64,000 nt of DNA from Fimbriosthenelais zetlandica. Taxonomy: Eukaryota. The stretch covers positions 52,204,001 to 52,268,000 of the forward strand of contig OZ365109.1 of the NCBI GenBank assembly GCA_977030845.1. The letters are read 5' to 3'. The translations under genes were made by a program, and so were the position numbers. Each line of letters opens with the position of its first letter. Position 1 is the first letter of the stretch. The notes under the pieces are model-generated. The model saw only the letters and a program-made list of their open reading frames with translations, searched no databases and was not told the DNA's origin. Positions 53,201-64,000 of the stretch are shown here, in pieces.

Positions 53201-56200
53201 AAATAACAATACTCCAGGGAATGAAAGTTAGCAAGTTGCATGACTGTTTCACAGTCTGGCATAGACACAGGAAGGATGTAATCACCATTCCACTAGAGCA
53301 TAAAGTTGACATTGCCTTGAGGAGGCTTTGTTTTATACTGGAATGAACACGATGAGACTGACATTATTGGATTTAGTCTGTTTAATTGGATAAAGTGGGT
53401 TAACCGCCTCTCAGCAATGGATATTTTTACCTTCTGAAATCAATGAAGACATTGTGTTTGGGATTATGTTCTAATTTGGCAATTTACTCACATGATATCG
53501 TTAAAGCATTGCCTTGATGTTAATACAGGGATCGACATTGCTTATTCCTGTGATATGGAGCTGCTCTATCAATATTATGTCTTGAAACCAAAGCCTTCTT
53601 GTAGAGACATATCATGAGTTGAGTCAATAGTTATGTGTCAAAACGGCCCGTGGAATAATCCAAAATTGGAGACAAGTGGAATGGGTAGATCTGGGCCAAC
53701 AACCAGGTTACAGAAACAGGAGTCTGTTGATAAAACAGCGGTCTGGGGCTCTCCCCTATCGTCCTAAAGCATCCCCCAGTACGTGTAGGAGGGATAAATC
53801 TATATATAGCGTCCTAAGGTGCTCTTCTATAGGCTATATGGTCTAACTGAATGATAAATACGAAATAATGTTAACCGAGGGGATGAGTGGTTAGCCAAAA
53901 CTCATCCTGTTTTATCGTAGAGCTGCACGGGAGCATACTTCACTGTGAACAATGGGATTTTATTTGTTGTAATCATACAAGGAGTATTGGTGGTTAAATG
54001 AATGATAGTTGAGTCTTGATTGGGATTTACAGGATGGATAGAGATCCTAAGGACCCATTGCTTCTTCGGCCTCTTGTGTTCCACACGTAAGATTTGATTC
54101 AAGATTTTTTCCTCTCAAATAAAACTTGGTCAGCAAAATTATAAATGGGTGTGGCTTGCGCATCCCATTTACAGATAATACTTGACATACTGAAATTACT
54201 ATTTACAATATCGCTGTGGTATATTGATTTTATCGGATTATCGGATATAAATTGTTGTTATTGGTGTCACTAAGTGACAAAAAGGTACTTAATCATTATT
54301 GTATGCATTCACATCAGCTCAAATGATAAGATCTGAACATTTGCATGAGATAGGGGCACATGGCACTGTCATTCATATTAGTACCAATAGTGCATGTCAC
54401 ATACTATGAGTGACGAGATTACGGTTGTTATGGGCTATTTGTGGCTTACATTCAAAGTGAAGTTATGACTTCATACTGTGGTTGGAATGTTCGTTGCACC
54501 ACTTTTTTACCCGCTGCCGAGATGGAATAAGGTCAGAAATAGCTGTTTTAGTGATGAGGAAACTATGTAAACTTAACTTGATTGACCCATCATCAGTATG
54601 CTAACATTGACATATATCTGATTGGTAAGAGTTGCTCATTACTCCAAATGATATGAAAGGAATTTCTATCGTAGTCCACCCAGGATGCTTCAGTTTTGTA
54701 GGCCGCATCTCTCACAGATGGCTCTCTCACTCTCTTTTTACAAGGCTTCCCTCATCCAGGAACTATTGCTTGTTCTATAGACATGATGTTATGTCTGAAT
54801 CGGAAGGACTCATCCTTCGGGGGATCCCCTGTTTCTTTTTGAGATAACACGTACCCTGCTTCTGGGATCTTTTTCTATTGTTTTTTTTTGTATCCACAGG
54901 TTTATCCGTTTACTATTTCTGAACCTATTTTACTGCAAAAAAAACACTTATTACATGAATGAATGGAGGAGGGACCATAAGAAAATATATTTGACATCTG
55001 TCACCTCTATGCAACCACCTCTCGCCGACTCATTAGAATCAATGTCTGTCTTTTGTGTGCAATTTCTCCAGACTGTAAGGATCGAATACAGAACTTTCAT
55101 AAATGCCAACAATAAATAAATCGAGGGGAATTGAGGGCCTTTGTCTCCATTTCTCCACAGGGTTTTTCACAGCCCAACCAAACTCCATGTTATCTGTTTG
55201 ATCTATCTGAGGCACAATCAAAATATTTATGGCGTGCGGTTTTCCTCCCATTTCCCATGAAAATATCTGAGCCTTGCATTTATAGATCAGCTTTCTGGGT
55301 GCCCTACTATTGGCCTGGTATTGGATGAGAGGTTGTGCTCGGCAAATTGCTTCATACCTCTCTTTAGATATGGCACTGCTCCCTGCCAACCAATTTCACT
55401 CTACTTTAACAAGGCGACCCTGCTATCAGTGCTTTTTATCCATATGATCACAGAATTGTACAGGCCAGGTTTTCCCAATGTCAAAAGTTAAAAGTTTCTT
55501 CTTTCTGTATTATGGACCATTTTGGGTGGTATACATGTACATGTCCAAACCCATCAATAATATATTCGCCGGAAATCTAATTACATTGTATCGTTTACAA
55601 GTGAAACATAGTGATTCGCTTTCTGAAAGAAAGAAGCTCCAAACACCAAATTTATAAATATCTGTACATGTCACTCTTTGAAGACAGCCAAAGTTGACAT
55701 GCGTCAAAACAACTTTAGGAAAAACAATTTTAGGAAAATAATAATTACAAAACAATTTCCAAAGAAAAAACCCGGATCAATATGAGTATGCCCCTAAAGT
55801 GTAAGATAAGTATGTTGGTAAATATTAGATTTTACTTACCCATTATGTCCATCGTGTCAGAAGTCTGGTGATGAGGTGGATATGGATTTTACAGTAGTCT
55901 GTTGGCTGTGCATATGGTGTTCTCAGCATCCAAGTACATGTGATCATTAGAACAAACTGAGAGTCAATTATCAGTCAAGCTCTGATACAAATTATCCCGA
56001 AGATATCTGTGGTTCATCGTGGATTCATTAATCTTGATCACTGAATATTCATCAGCTAATATCATGGTTCAATGCGAAATCCGGGGTAAAAATACAATAG
56101 AGATGGTGTACATCTATTAGTGGATGAATTCATGAGCATCTGCAAGAAGTCGATTGGTATAAATTTTAAACCTGAATTATTTTGATAGATTCATAATTTA

Positions 56201-57559
56201 GAGTTGTCGATTTCAATAGAATTGACAGAGAAATGTTCATAGACACAGTTTGCTTTGGCATCTCTCCATCTCTTCCCTTCTCAAAAAGAAAACCTGTGTG
56301 CATTAGGCATCTGGTACAGGTCAGAAAGGTGAAAAACCTGTCACAGGCGCCATGCCAGCCTGGATTTTAGACCTAATTATCATTTAGTCTAAAGTGATAG
56401 AGATTATTAAATTGAAGACGGAGATCCACAGCTCAAAATTAAACGTCCCAGATGGTTTTATTAACTGCCAACTTTTCTGTGGTCCTCTGAGCATCTGGAG
56501 TTTGCCTGGGGGAAATCTGAGGTCTGTTGTGGTAGAGGATAATTACCTCTATACCCAGTTAGGAGGACTTGAAGGAAGCTCCTAATGAAACATCATCCCC
56601 TTGAGATCTTACATTCATATTAGGACCTCTAGGAGTTCTAAGCCCACATCCGGATAAAAATTTGATCACATTAATATTAAAGACTGTACATCAATTTAAA
56701 ATCTTTATGATTTTCTTTACCTAATAGATTTTTAAAATTCAAAATTTCTTTTGTTGGCATTCATATTTAGGCTAAACCAAGTTATTATACAAATGATTTT
56801 TTATAATTCTGTAGATTCCATTTTTTTTGCTTGGACCATTGCCTGGAAGAGAATATAAGCTGCAGGTTTCTTGTACATTTCAATGTCTCAGCTCCATGTA
56901 AATCACTCACTATTGTCACTCACCACATGTGACTCCCACAGGTGATGAACTTGGAGAAAGCTGTGCATTTTGAGATTTTCCCAGAGGCAAGACGGACACA
57001 ATTACATTTCCCTCCAAGGCTAGCACATACAAATATTACCAATAGAATATTCCATATAGGAAATATTTAATTTATTTCTTCTTTCTGGATGACATGCCCT
57101 TCTCAAGTCTTGCACTGATGTCTCAAATAGGCAATATTAATCTTCAGACTTGAAGATAATTTACAAGTTGTACCACAGGACAATGCCAGGAATTAATTCT
57201 TCTTTTACTGCCTAGTACTGGAAGTACTTCACTTCTGTTCCAGATCATATTTGTTGTTGGAGAAAAGTTCTGAGGAGATATTTTATACATTCACCATTTG
57301 ATTCTATTATTTTCCTGGAGAATTTCCTGCCTTTGGCCAAGCCGGACTTTATCAGATGCCTATCCTAATAATTATTACGTCGGGACATTCCTAGGAGATC
57401 CAATTAAACCTCTGCCATTAAATCTTATCAAATCTTGATTTACTCTTCAGGAAGCTGGCGCAGTAACAACCGCCAAACGCGGCTTGTTCATTCCCTTTTT
57501 ATACAGTGGAATATTTTTGCTCATTTTTCATTGGCCCGGGATTGAATGGTGTATCTTTA

Positions 57560-57590
57560 ATGATTCTGGGTGAGATAGGAATCGTTTGTG
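57560..57590 (+). CDS. candidate leader exon (MILGEIGIVC, phase 1) for the 58032 exon
   Basis: ATG ATT CTG GGT GAG ATA GGA ATC GTT TGT G|gtgagt; matches the phase-1 acceptor at 58032; CpG-rich patch at about 57450-57490 upstream. Confidence 0.35.
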
Positions 57591-58031
57591 GTGAGTGAAG
57601 GGAGGTAGTTTATATGCATAGTCTGATCAGCAGTGGAGAGCCTTCTACAGAGGACATTTATACGGAGGCTTGCCTTGGTAACACCCACCTCCATCCCTCC
57701 ATTACCTGCTGCTCCCACCCAACCTTCCCCACACCACTCCCAGGTGAAGTCCTATCACATTCTATGCTGGCCCAGCAGACCCAACTCAATTCACTCATTT
57801 ATCTCCGGTATGGAGAAATCTCACCTCTCATCATATCTCCCCGCTTGCTTGGAGACCTGGTCGTCGGGAAACATCAATAGTCAAGCAATCAGTGGTTCCG
57901 CTGCACCAATGTATTGGAATCATTTATAGCAGTGAATAGTTGCAAAGAATTGAATTTGATCATCAGCATTCAGTTCCTCTGTAATTATATGAATTTTGAC
58001 TTATTTCAGTAAATTTATTGAATCTTCATAG

Positions 58032-58626
58032 ATCAATTCATTTTGGACTTTAACATTATAAGATATTCCATAATGTTGGCCAGGGCAAGGAAAGCTTTGC
58101 AGGCTCGGAACGGAACCGAAGCTAATGGTTCAAAGCAAGGAGACTCCCCAAAGAAGGGAAGAAGACCCTCCAAGAAGGATATAACAATAGAACGGATCAC
58201 TATCGAAAAAGTGGAAGACCAGAATAATCTTAACAAGATGAAAGAGGAGAGCTCCGAGCCAGTTGAAGTTCCCGCTGGCAAGCCTGACAAAGAATGGAGC
58301 CAAAATAAAAACCATTCCTCCAGATTTGAAAAGGAATCAAATCATGTGAAGTTCGAGCTGCCTCCAGTACGCTGGGATGACCATGTTGATTTCATGGAGG
58401 AGGAGTTTGTGGGGCCAATACCTATCTGTGGAAGCCCACCCACTAGAGCCCCGAAGAGTCTTAGTTGCATGGACAGCGCTTGGGGCGCTGAGGACGAACC
58501 TGAGGGAAGTTGGGTGGGCAATCATAATGGGCCTGATTCTCTGATGTTGGAGGAAGACGGTAGGCGGCGTTACCGCTGGAGCACCAGTATATGTTATGAA
58601 AGGTTCATTCCCCCAAGGCTCTATGG
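58032..58626 (+). CDS. large N-terminal exon of the plus-strand gene, phase-2 donor (ATG at 58073)
   Basis: Acceptor aatcttcatag|, donor tatgg|gtgagt (58627); about 185-195 aa open frame with higher GC, charged and low-complexity (MLARARKALQARNG...RRRYRWSTSICYERFIPPRLY-G); no domain recognised. Confidence 0.75.
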
Positions 58627-60002
58627 GTGAGTGATGAGAATCAAAATCACCAAATAAGTTTAAGACCCAAGATAATGTAGTAAAAAATTTGATGAAAGTT
58701 AGCACAGTTTTAGCTTAGTTCTTTGTATATAAAGACCAGTATATCTTATAAACTTGTCTGGAACTGTATACATGTACATGTGAGAGTGAAGTGTCATTTT
58801 TCCTGCATAGAAAGTCGTAGAACATAATAGCTCCTAAAAGATTTATACTTCAACGTCCAGACATTCTTCTCCTTGCAATAAATGCAATTTGGCACTCTCT
58901 CAGCCAGGATCACTTTGTGTCAAGAAACCATTTAAAAATGATACGTTATAATTGATAGCGATGACAAAACATTCTTTTTAAAATCTCTTCATATATTATT
59001 TTCTTAACAATATTGCACCTACTAGTGGTAGGCCATCCCTCCCACTGTGTTAAAAGCTCAGATCAAATTATAGGCCTTTGCTGAAGGACACGTGTTGAAA
59101 ATTTGACCAACCTGTTGATTATACAGTGGGCCAGTCTGTTACCATTGTATGGGTCCACCATCCATCTACCCATCTATGCATCTCTCTTTATCTCCTCCCT
59201 TGACCAACCGCCATGCCACCTGGTATTAAACACCTGAGCCAGTCTGGTATAGCGATCTATACTACGGTAGGTCTGTAAGCTAAAACAAACATAAGGAGCT
59301 AAATTCAGACTTCTAATTTTACTTCTAAGGCCTTTGTTCCTTAAAGGACATTATGACAGAACTATCCCCAAAATTGGCAAGGTTATAAATACTTTCAGGC
59401 CTTACTGTGACTCAGGCTGGGAGTATAGGGGATCGTGGTGAATCTAATACTGGATGTGAAAGTGGCACTCCATCAACTCAGAGTCTGCAGTATCTCTTTA
59501 CCATAATTATTCCTTATAGATATACTTGATGCCAATCATTTACTCTGTATCCGCATCTTCCATCAACCACTTGATTGGTTTTCACATAATATTTGAATGA
59601 TGCCGTAAAGATTTATTAGATTGATATTTTCTATGAGTAGAGTACGGTAATATGTTATATACAATATGGGATAAAAATATTGTGATAGAATGGAGACCAA
59701 ATGCTTATGATTAATGAATTACTGCCGAATCAAAAAAAGCTCTGACAGGAAAGAATGGTTCTTTTTGTGGTATTAGTAAGATCTAATGTAAATAATGATA
59801 GTATTCAATTCCTATGGATATAATTCATGCTCTTCTGTATGTCAAGAAATAATCATAGTATTAAATGGCAGATCTGGTGATCTGGAGGATCAGCGATAAC
59901 TATAACGCATTTTTTAATGATCTTGCAAAATTCTTTCCCTACTTTTCAGATACCTGGCTTTAAGCCATGTTTAGCAATGTTTTTTTGTTGTTGATAACTT
60001 TC

Positions 60003-60027
60003 TTTTTTTTTTTTTTTTTTTTTTTTT
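60003..60027 (+). repeat. poly-T (25)
   Basis: Homopolymer about 95 nt upstream of ratchet point 2. Confidence 0.9.
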
Positions 60028-60048
60028 ATACATATATAGGCTTTATAG

Positions 60049-60154
60049 CCTTGTTACTTTGCCCATTGTTTTACTGCTGTCTGACATTGTTTAATATGAT
60101 GTATTGTCTTTGTCTTTCAGGTAAGTACCTGTAGCTTGGTGAGTCTTAAAGAAG
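60049..60154 (+). other. recursive splice site (ratchet point) 2, AG|GT at 60120/60121, with candidate RS-exon ends at 60138 and 60154
   Basis: About 70-nt AG-free tract with CTGAC branch-like motif (60081-60085), ending ttgtctttgtctttCAG|GTAAGT; downstream donors ttg|gtgagt (60139) and aag|gtaagg (60155). Confidence 0.72.
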
Positions 60155-63100
60155 GTAAGGTGTCTTTATAATATAGCTGAACACTCAGTGTCTGCTGGCT
60201 GTTGACTTATTGTATGCTTGCCACCTGGTATCTCCTGTTGTACCAACTGGACACTGCTTGACATTTGTCGGCCATCGCTATGTACACAAACATCCATCTG
60301 TCCCTAATTACTGAATACTGACACTTGTTGGTCTGTAGGTAATTACTACAAGGAATGTTCAGCAAATGAAATAGACATAAAATAATATTTTATTTCCAAG
60401 CTTAAATGGTTTAGTTTTAATCCCCAAATGGACAAATTCTCATAGATCCAGTATTCTCATAAAACCAGTTTCATATTTTATCAGAATATATGACAGAATC
60501 CATGTAAATAAGGTCATACGACATGATAATTGAGGGTTGTCTCCATTGTGGGTCATAAATAATCGGAAAAGTTAGCTCTGATCATTACTGAGCTGTTTGA
60601 TCTTTTTATAGGGTGTTCCTTGAATGAATAGTAGCTGCTTTATAATCAAAGGGGAATTATCAGGAAAGTTATATTGTGATCCCACCCTGCTCCAGATTTG
60701 TAGTATTTTCGGGGGCTCCCAGGACAAAGAAAGCTGTCTCTAAAATCAACCCCTGTATCAGAGAAGAAACTTTGATCTTTTCCTATGGGTGGTTCCCTGC
60801 TGTAGCTTGACAAATGAAATAATACTTGACCTATTTTGTGTGTCTTCAAATTATGTTTTTAGGACAGTTTGTACTGAAATTGATTACTCCCTTGAGGAGA
60901 TTGTATTACCTTCATCATATATTAGGATTGCATAAATTGTTAGAGACAAGTGTGATGCTTATCTTATATAGGAAGAATCAGTCATTTTGTATACATGTAT
61001 GTGTAAATGTCTTTCACTTTTTGAATGCCATGGCTTTAGCTGATTATTTCTTTTTCCATACCATTCAGCCATTGAGATTTATATTTTGAATACACATCAG
61101 TTCAATTAAAAACAATAAGACTAGAGGTTCTTCTAACGGAGAGAAACAATATATAAGGGAGTGAAATAAGATTTAACCTCCCCCAAAAACTGAAAATGGT
61201 AGTGAAAAAAGCGGAAAATGACATGAAAAAATTCAATGCAACAGGAAATCTCTTCTCATTTCATTGGTAAACCTGTCTAAGATAGAGGAGAATGTACCTT
61301 GCGATATATTACTCTGCAACCTGACCATGCTCAAACCGGATCGCGGTTTCATATGTCTTCAGGCTTCTATTCAAAACAAACTTTATATCTGTAGCTTAGG
61401 TTTAAAAAATGTGTCGATTACTTGCTCAAGACAGGTATTTTTTAGATTCAATCTAACTCAATTTCACGATTCAGTCTGGGAGCCTCAGTTAGTGAACACA
61501 AAAGTTTTTACTTTTTAACACCTTTAAATAATGTGAGTGTGCATGTATCATGATACCTTATCTTGGGATACTCTTCCTTCAGGAATAAAAGGTAACAAAG
61601 TATAGCCACAGGGAATCTATGTGATGTGTTTCCCAGATTACAGTCTCAGGTTCTACATATTTTACCTCAGGCCCTGTAGTAATTTAAACACAGGCCCTGA
61701 GGATCTAATAATGACCCTTTTGATGTAAAGTTTGGTGATTGACGCTGGAAAAGTTTCTTGTTCCTATAGATAATGATAATCGGTCCTATCCACTAGATTC
61801 TCTCATGCCAATCCTTCTGCTACGATATGGACAGGTTTTGAATCTGCATAGAATGGATTCATACTTGATTTACTATTTAAATTGGATTCCTGATATTTCT
61901 ATTGGATTTGTTTTAAAAAAAATGGGGAGCGTATCCTTCAGTTGTATTGACTTGAAAGGGTGAAGATAATTAGAAGGGATTTAGAAAGCCCTGATTTAGA
62001 AAAGGCCTGTCACTGAATTACAAATCATGATTTGGTGGTGGATTTTGAATCTGACACAGCCATAATGGCTACTTTCCAGTCAAATGTATGTATGTGTAAG
62101 GGACCAGACGTTTAAGGTATGAAGATTGGCCATTGAAGTGACACTAAAAAGGCAAGCAGGTGGGGGACCTGTGAGGTGAGGTCCTATATATTCAAGGCTA
62201 CCTGTGTGTGAAGATGTCAAGCATACCAAACTAGTGTAAAAGTGAGGTCAGGAATAAAGCGGCGAACTACCCTCTTATATATACCCCATGGTTGATATAA
62301 GGGTGAATATATATGGTCAGAGGGGTGTGCGGGGAGGTTCTGGGTGAATTTAGATATTCAGTTACAACAGACTATAGTGTAGATGCATGTGTGGAGGTAC
62401 CCCACAACCTGATGCTGGGGCACTTCTCAGGTGTGTGCATGTGTAGTCTGGCCAATGAATGTATTAGAATTCTGGGTCCATGGCCATGCAGTGCCATGTG
62501 GTGGTTCTGGCGGGCTGGCGGTGAGAGATGGACTATACAGGTATTCACATATATACTATACCTTCAAAACCAGAGTACTACATGACCGTGTAAAACATTG
62601 ACCGTTTACTCCACTCACCTCTCTGTGAATGGTGTTTGTGTTTCCTCACAATAACATGTTTTACATGGGACATGCTGGGGATGCCTCTATCCTGGCTCAC
62701 CTCAATGCATTGTTTCCCCACTGCCTGAAATATACACACCCGAGACAGAGATGTATTGTGGAAACCCACGTGTTACAATTACTAGTTTAACTGTGAAGAC
62801 CTATAACACCTACCTAAAACTTTCCTAACTACAGGTTTTCGCACCATCTCCTATACAAGTGGACCAAGGTGCTCATGATTTGTGTTTGGGTTAATTAGAG
62901 CGGGAAGATGGTGTTAGAAGCAACCAACCGTGTCACTAGACACTGAACTCTCAAATCAGCTTATAAGGTGAAAGGTATGCGATAAATATATCCTATCTTT
63001 AAATAGCACCTAATCCCAACCATTCTCCAAGGATTACCACCTGTTCCTAATCCACCGTTACTTTACAACACCAACATTGGCCAAGTGATATAACTGGATC

Positions 63101-63494
63101 CTACTCTATGGAAATGGATATAAATTGTGCATCTTTTCTAAAATTAAACCCAGGATGTGATCCAGGATAATATAGTTATAACCTGGTCTATACATGTGGT
63201 CTGGTAAACTTATCCTCTCTCAGGTAATTCTACTCTCTGGGTTCTTAGACTGATGAATGTCATCTTGTCCTGAACTCTCCCAAAACAGATTATAAATACT
63301 CAGACATCTATAAACTTACAGAATCACTATACATGGGACCTAATCTTTCCTGTGTCTGTATGAGTACGAATTTGGAAAGATAAAACCTAGATAGAGGGAC
63401 TCTTACGAAGTCATTCAAAGGCGCCTTACCATCTGGCCAATCTTGATCGCCCCAGGTCTATTTTTGAAGGGGATGGGTAGATAATCTTTTTCAG

Positions 63495-63516
63495 AATTCA
63501 CTTGTTGAAAAATCGA
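63495..63516 (+). CDS. candidate 22-nt microexon of the plus-strand gene
   Basis: aatctttttcag|AATTCACTTGTTGAAAAATCGA|gtaagt; open if entered in phase 2 (N-IHLLKNR), exits in phase 0. Confidence 0.3.
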
Positions 63517-64000
63517 GTAAGTTTCTACTTGAAAAATTATTCTAGATCCGCTCTATCAAGTCCATAGTACAATACCAATAGCACAGTACCCATCATTTGT
63601 ATAATTTAAAAAGACTATTAATTATCACTATGATACTATTTTAACAGGGGCTGTGTATGGCTTTCTATGTGTAGTTTATGTCCTCCAAATTATGGTCCTT
63701 TGCATATCTGTCATGGTGCATGATCAATGGCTGAGCTCAAAGCTTTGAAATTTATGCTGCTCTGGCACTTCAATAGCAACTTACCATTTGTAAATGGATA
63801 TGTAAGAAGTGGATAACTGAACCCAGTCAGAACATTGGTGGCATGGAAATTGTCTCTTCAACATATAAATCATGTCAAAGTTGTTGCTTATACCCATGTA
63901 GAACAACCGCTGAGTTAAAGTTATGTTAAATTACGACAAAAAATTATTATATTTTGGAATAGTTGTCCATCAGCCCCATTCTACCACCACTAATACACCC

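Noticed and set aside
37251-55080. Other plus-strand ATG+donor pairs (37251 phase 0, 43487 phase 1, 46092 phase 1, 52096 phase 0, 54958 phase 0; also weak phase-2 ones at 32328, 40874, 45679)
   Set aside because: Wrong phase for the array, or weak donor or low-complexity sequence; they show the background rate of such matches.
61665-61702. 13-bp inverted repeat (12/13 match, 12-nt loop)
   Set aside because: Isolated short hairpin within chance expectation; no TSD or miRNA-length stem.
50120-63230. Additional ratchet candidates: ttccag|gttaaa (50139), ccacag|gtttat (54899), ctctcag|gtaatt (63222)
   Set aside because: Good acceptors but weak regenerated donors and no clear downstream donor cluster.
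24565-64000. SETDB1 as the divergent neighbour (ARNT and SETDB1 are neighbours in human)
   Set aside because: No Tudor, MBD or SET-like exons in 40 kb; the exons found do not resemble SETDB1.
1-64000. Scattered CACGTG E-boxes, CArG boxes and CRE half-sites; CRISPR, rRNA, tRNA, intact transposons
   Set aside because: Motif counts are about what composition predicts; no repeat-spacer arrays, structural RNA genes or intact transposase/RT ORFs were seen.

Overview
AT-rich (visually about 35-40% GC), intron-rich animal genomic DNA, probably a non-vertebrate bilaterian; the species cannot be determined from the sequence. There are no prokaryotic features, and almost all ORFs in the supplied track look like chance ORFs. 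The window holds the 5' parts of two divergently transcribed genes that appear to share a ~290-bp promoter at about 24.57-24.85 kb. (1) Minus strand: the bHLH-PAS gene ARNT/tango. I reconstruct exon 1 (24522-24564), NLS exon (7523-7580), acidic exon (5220-5297) and a tandemly duplicated 158-nt bHLH exon (1714-1871 and 913-1070). The two bHLH copies have the same length and phase, 42/52 identical residues and near-saturated synonymous sites, which points to mutually exclusive DNA-binding/dimerisation exons. There are also extra phase-1 alternative N-terminal exons. The PAS exons lie left of the window. (2) Plus strand: an unidentified gene with very long introns, seen as an array of alternative N-terminal exons that all end in phase 2 (24852, 31709, 33364/33397, 39082, 58032). 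Two textbook recursive-splicing ratchet points (polypyrimidine-CAG|GTAAGT) lie at 40160/40161 and 60120/60121. Each is followed by clustered 5' splice sites, and inclusion of either as an exon would create an in-frame TAA. Two perfect RFX X-boxes sit in ARNT intron 1. All exon calls come from manual reading of splice signals and frames and need RNA-seq confirmation.
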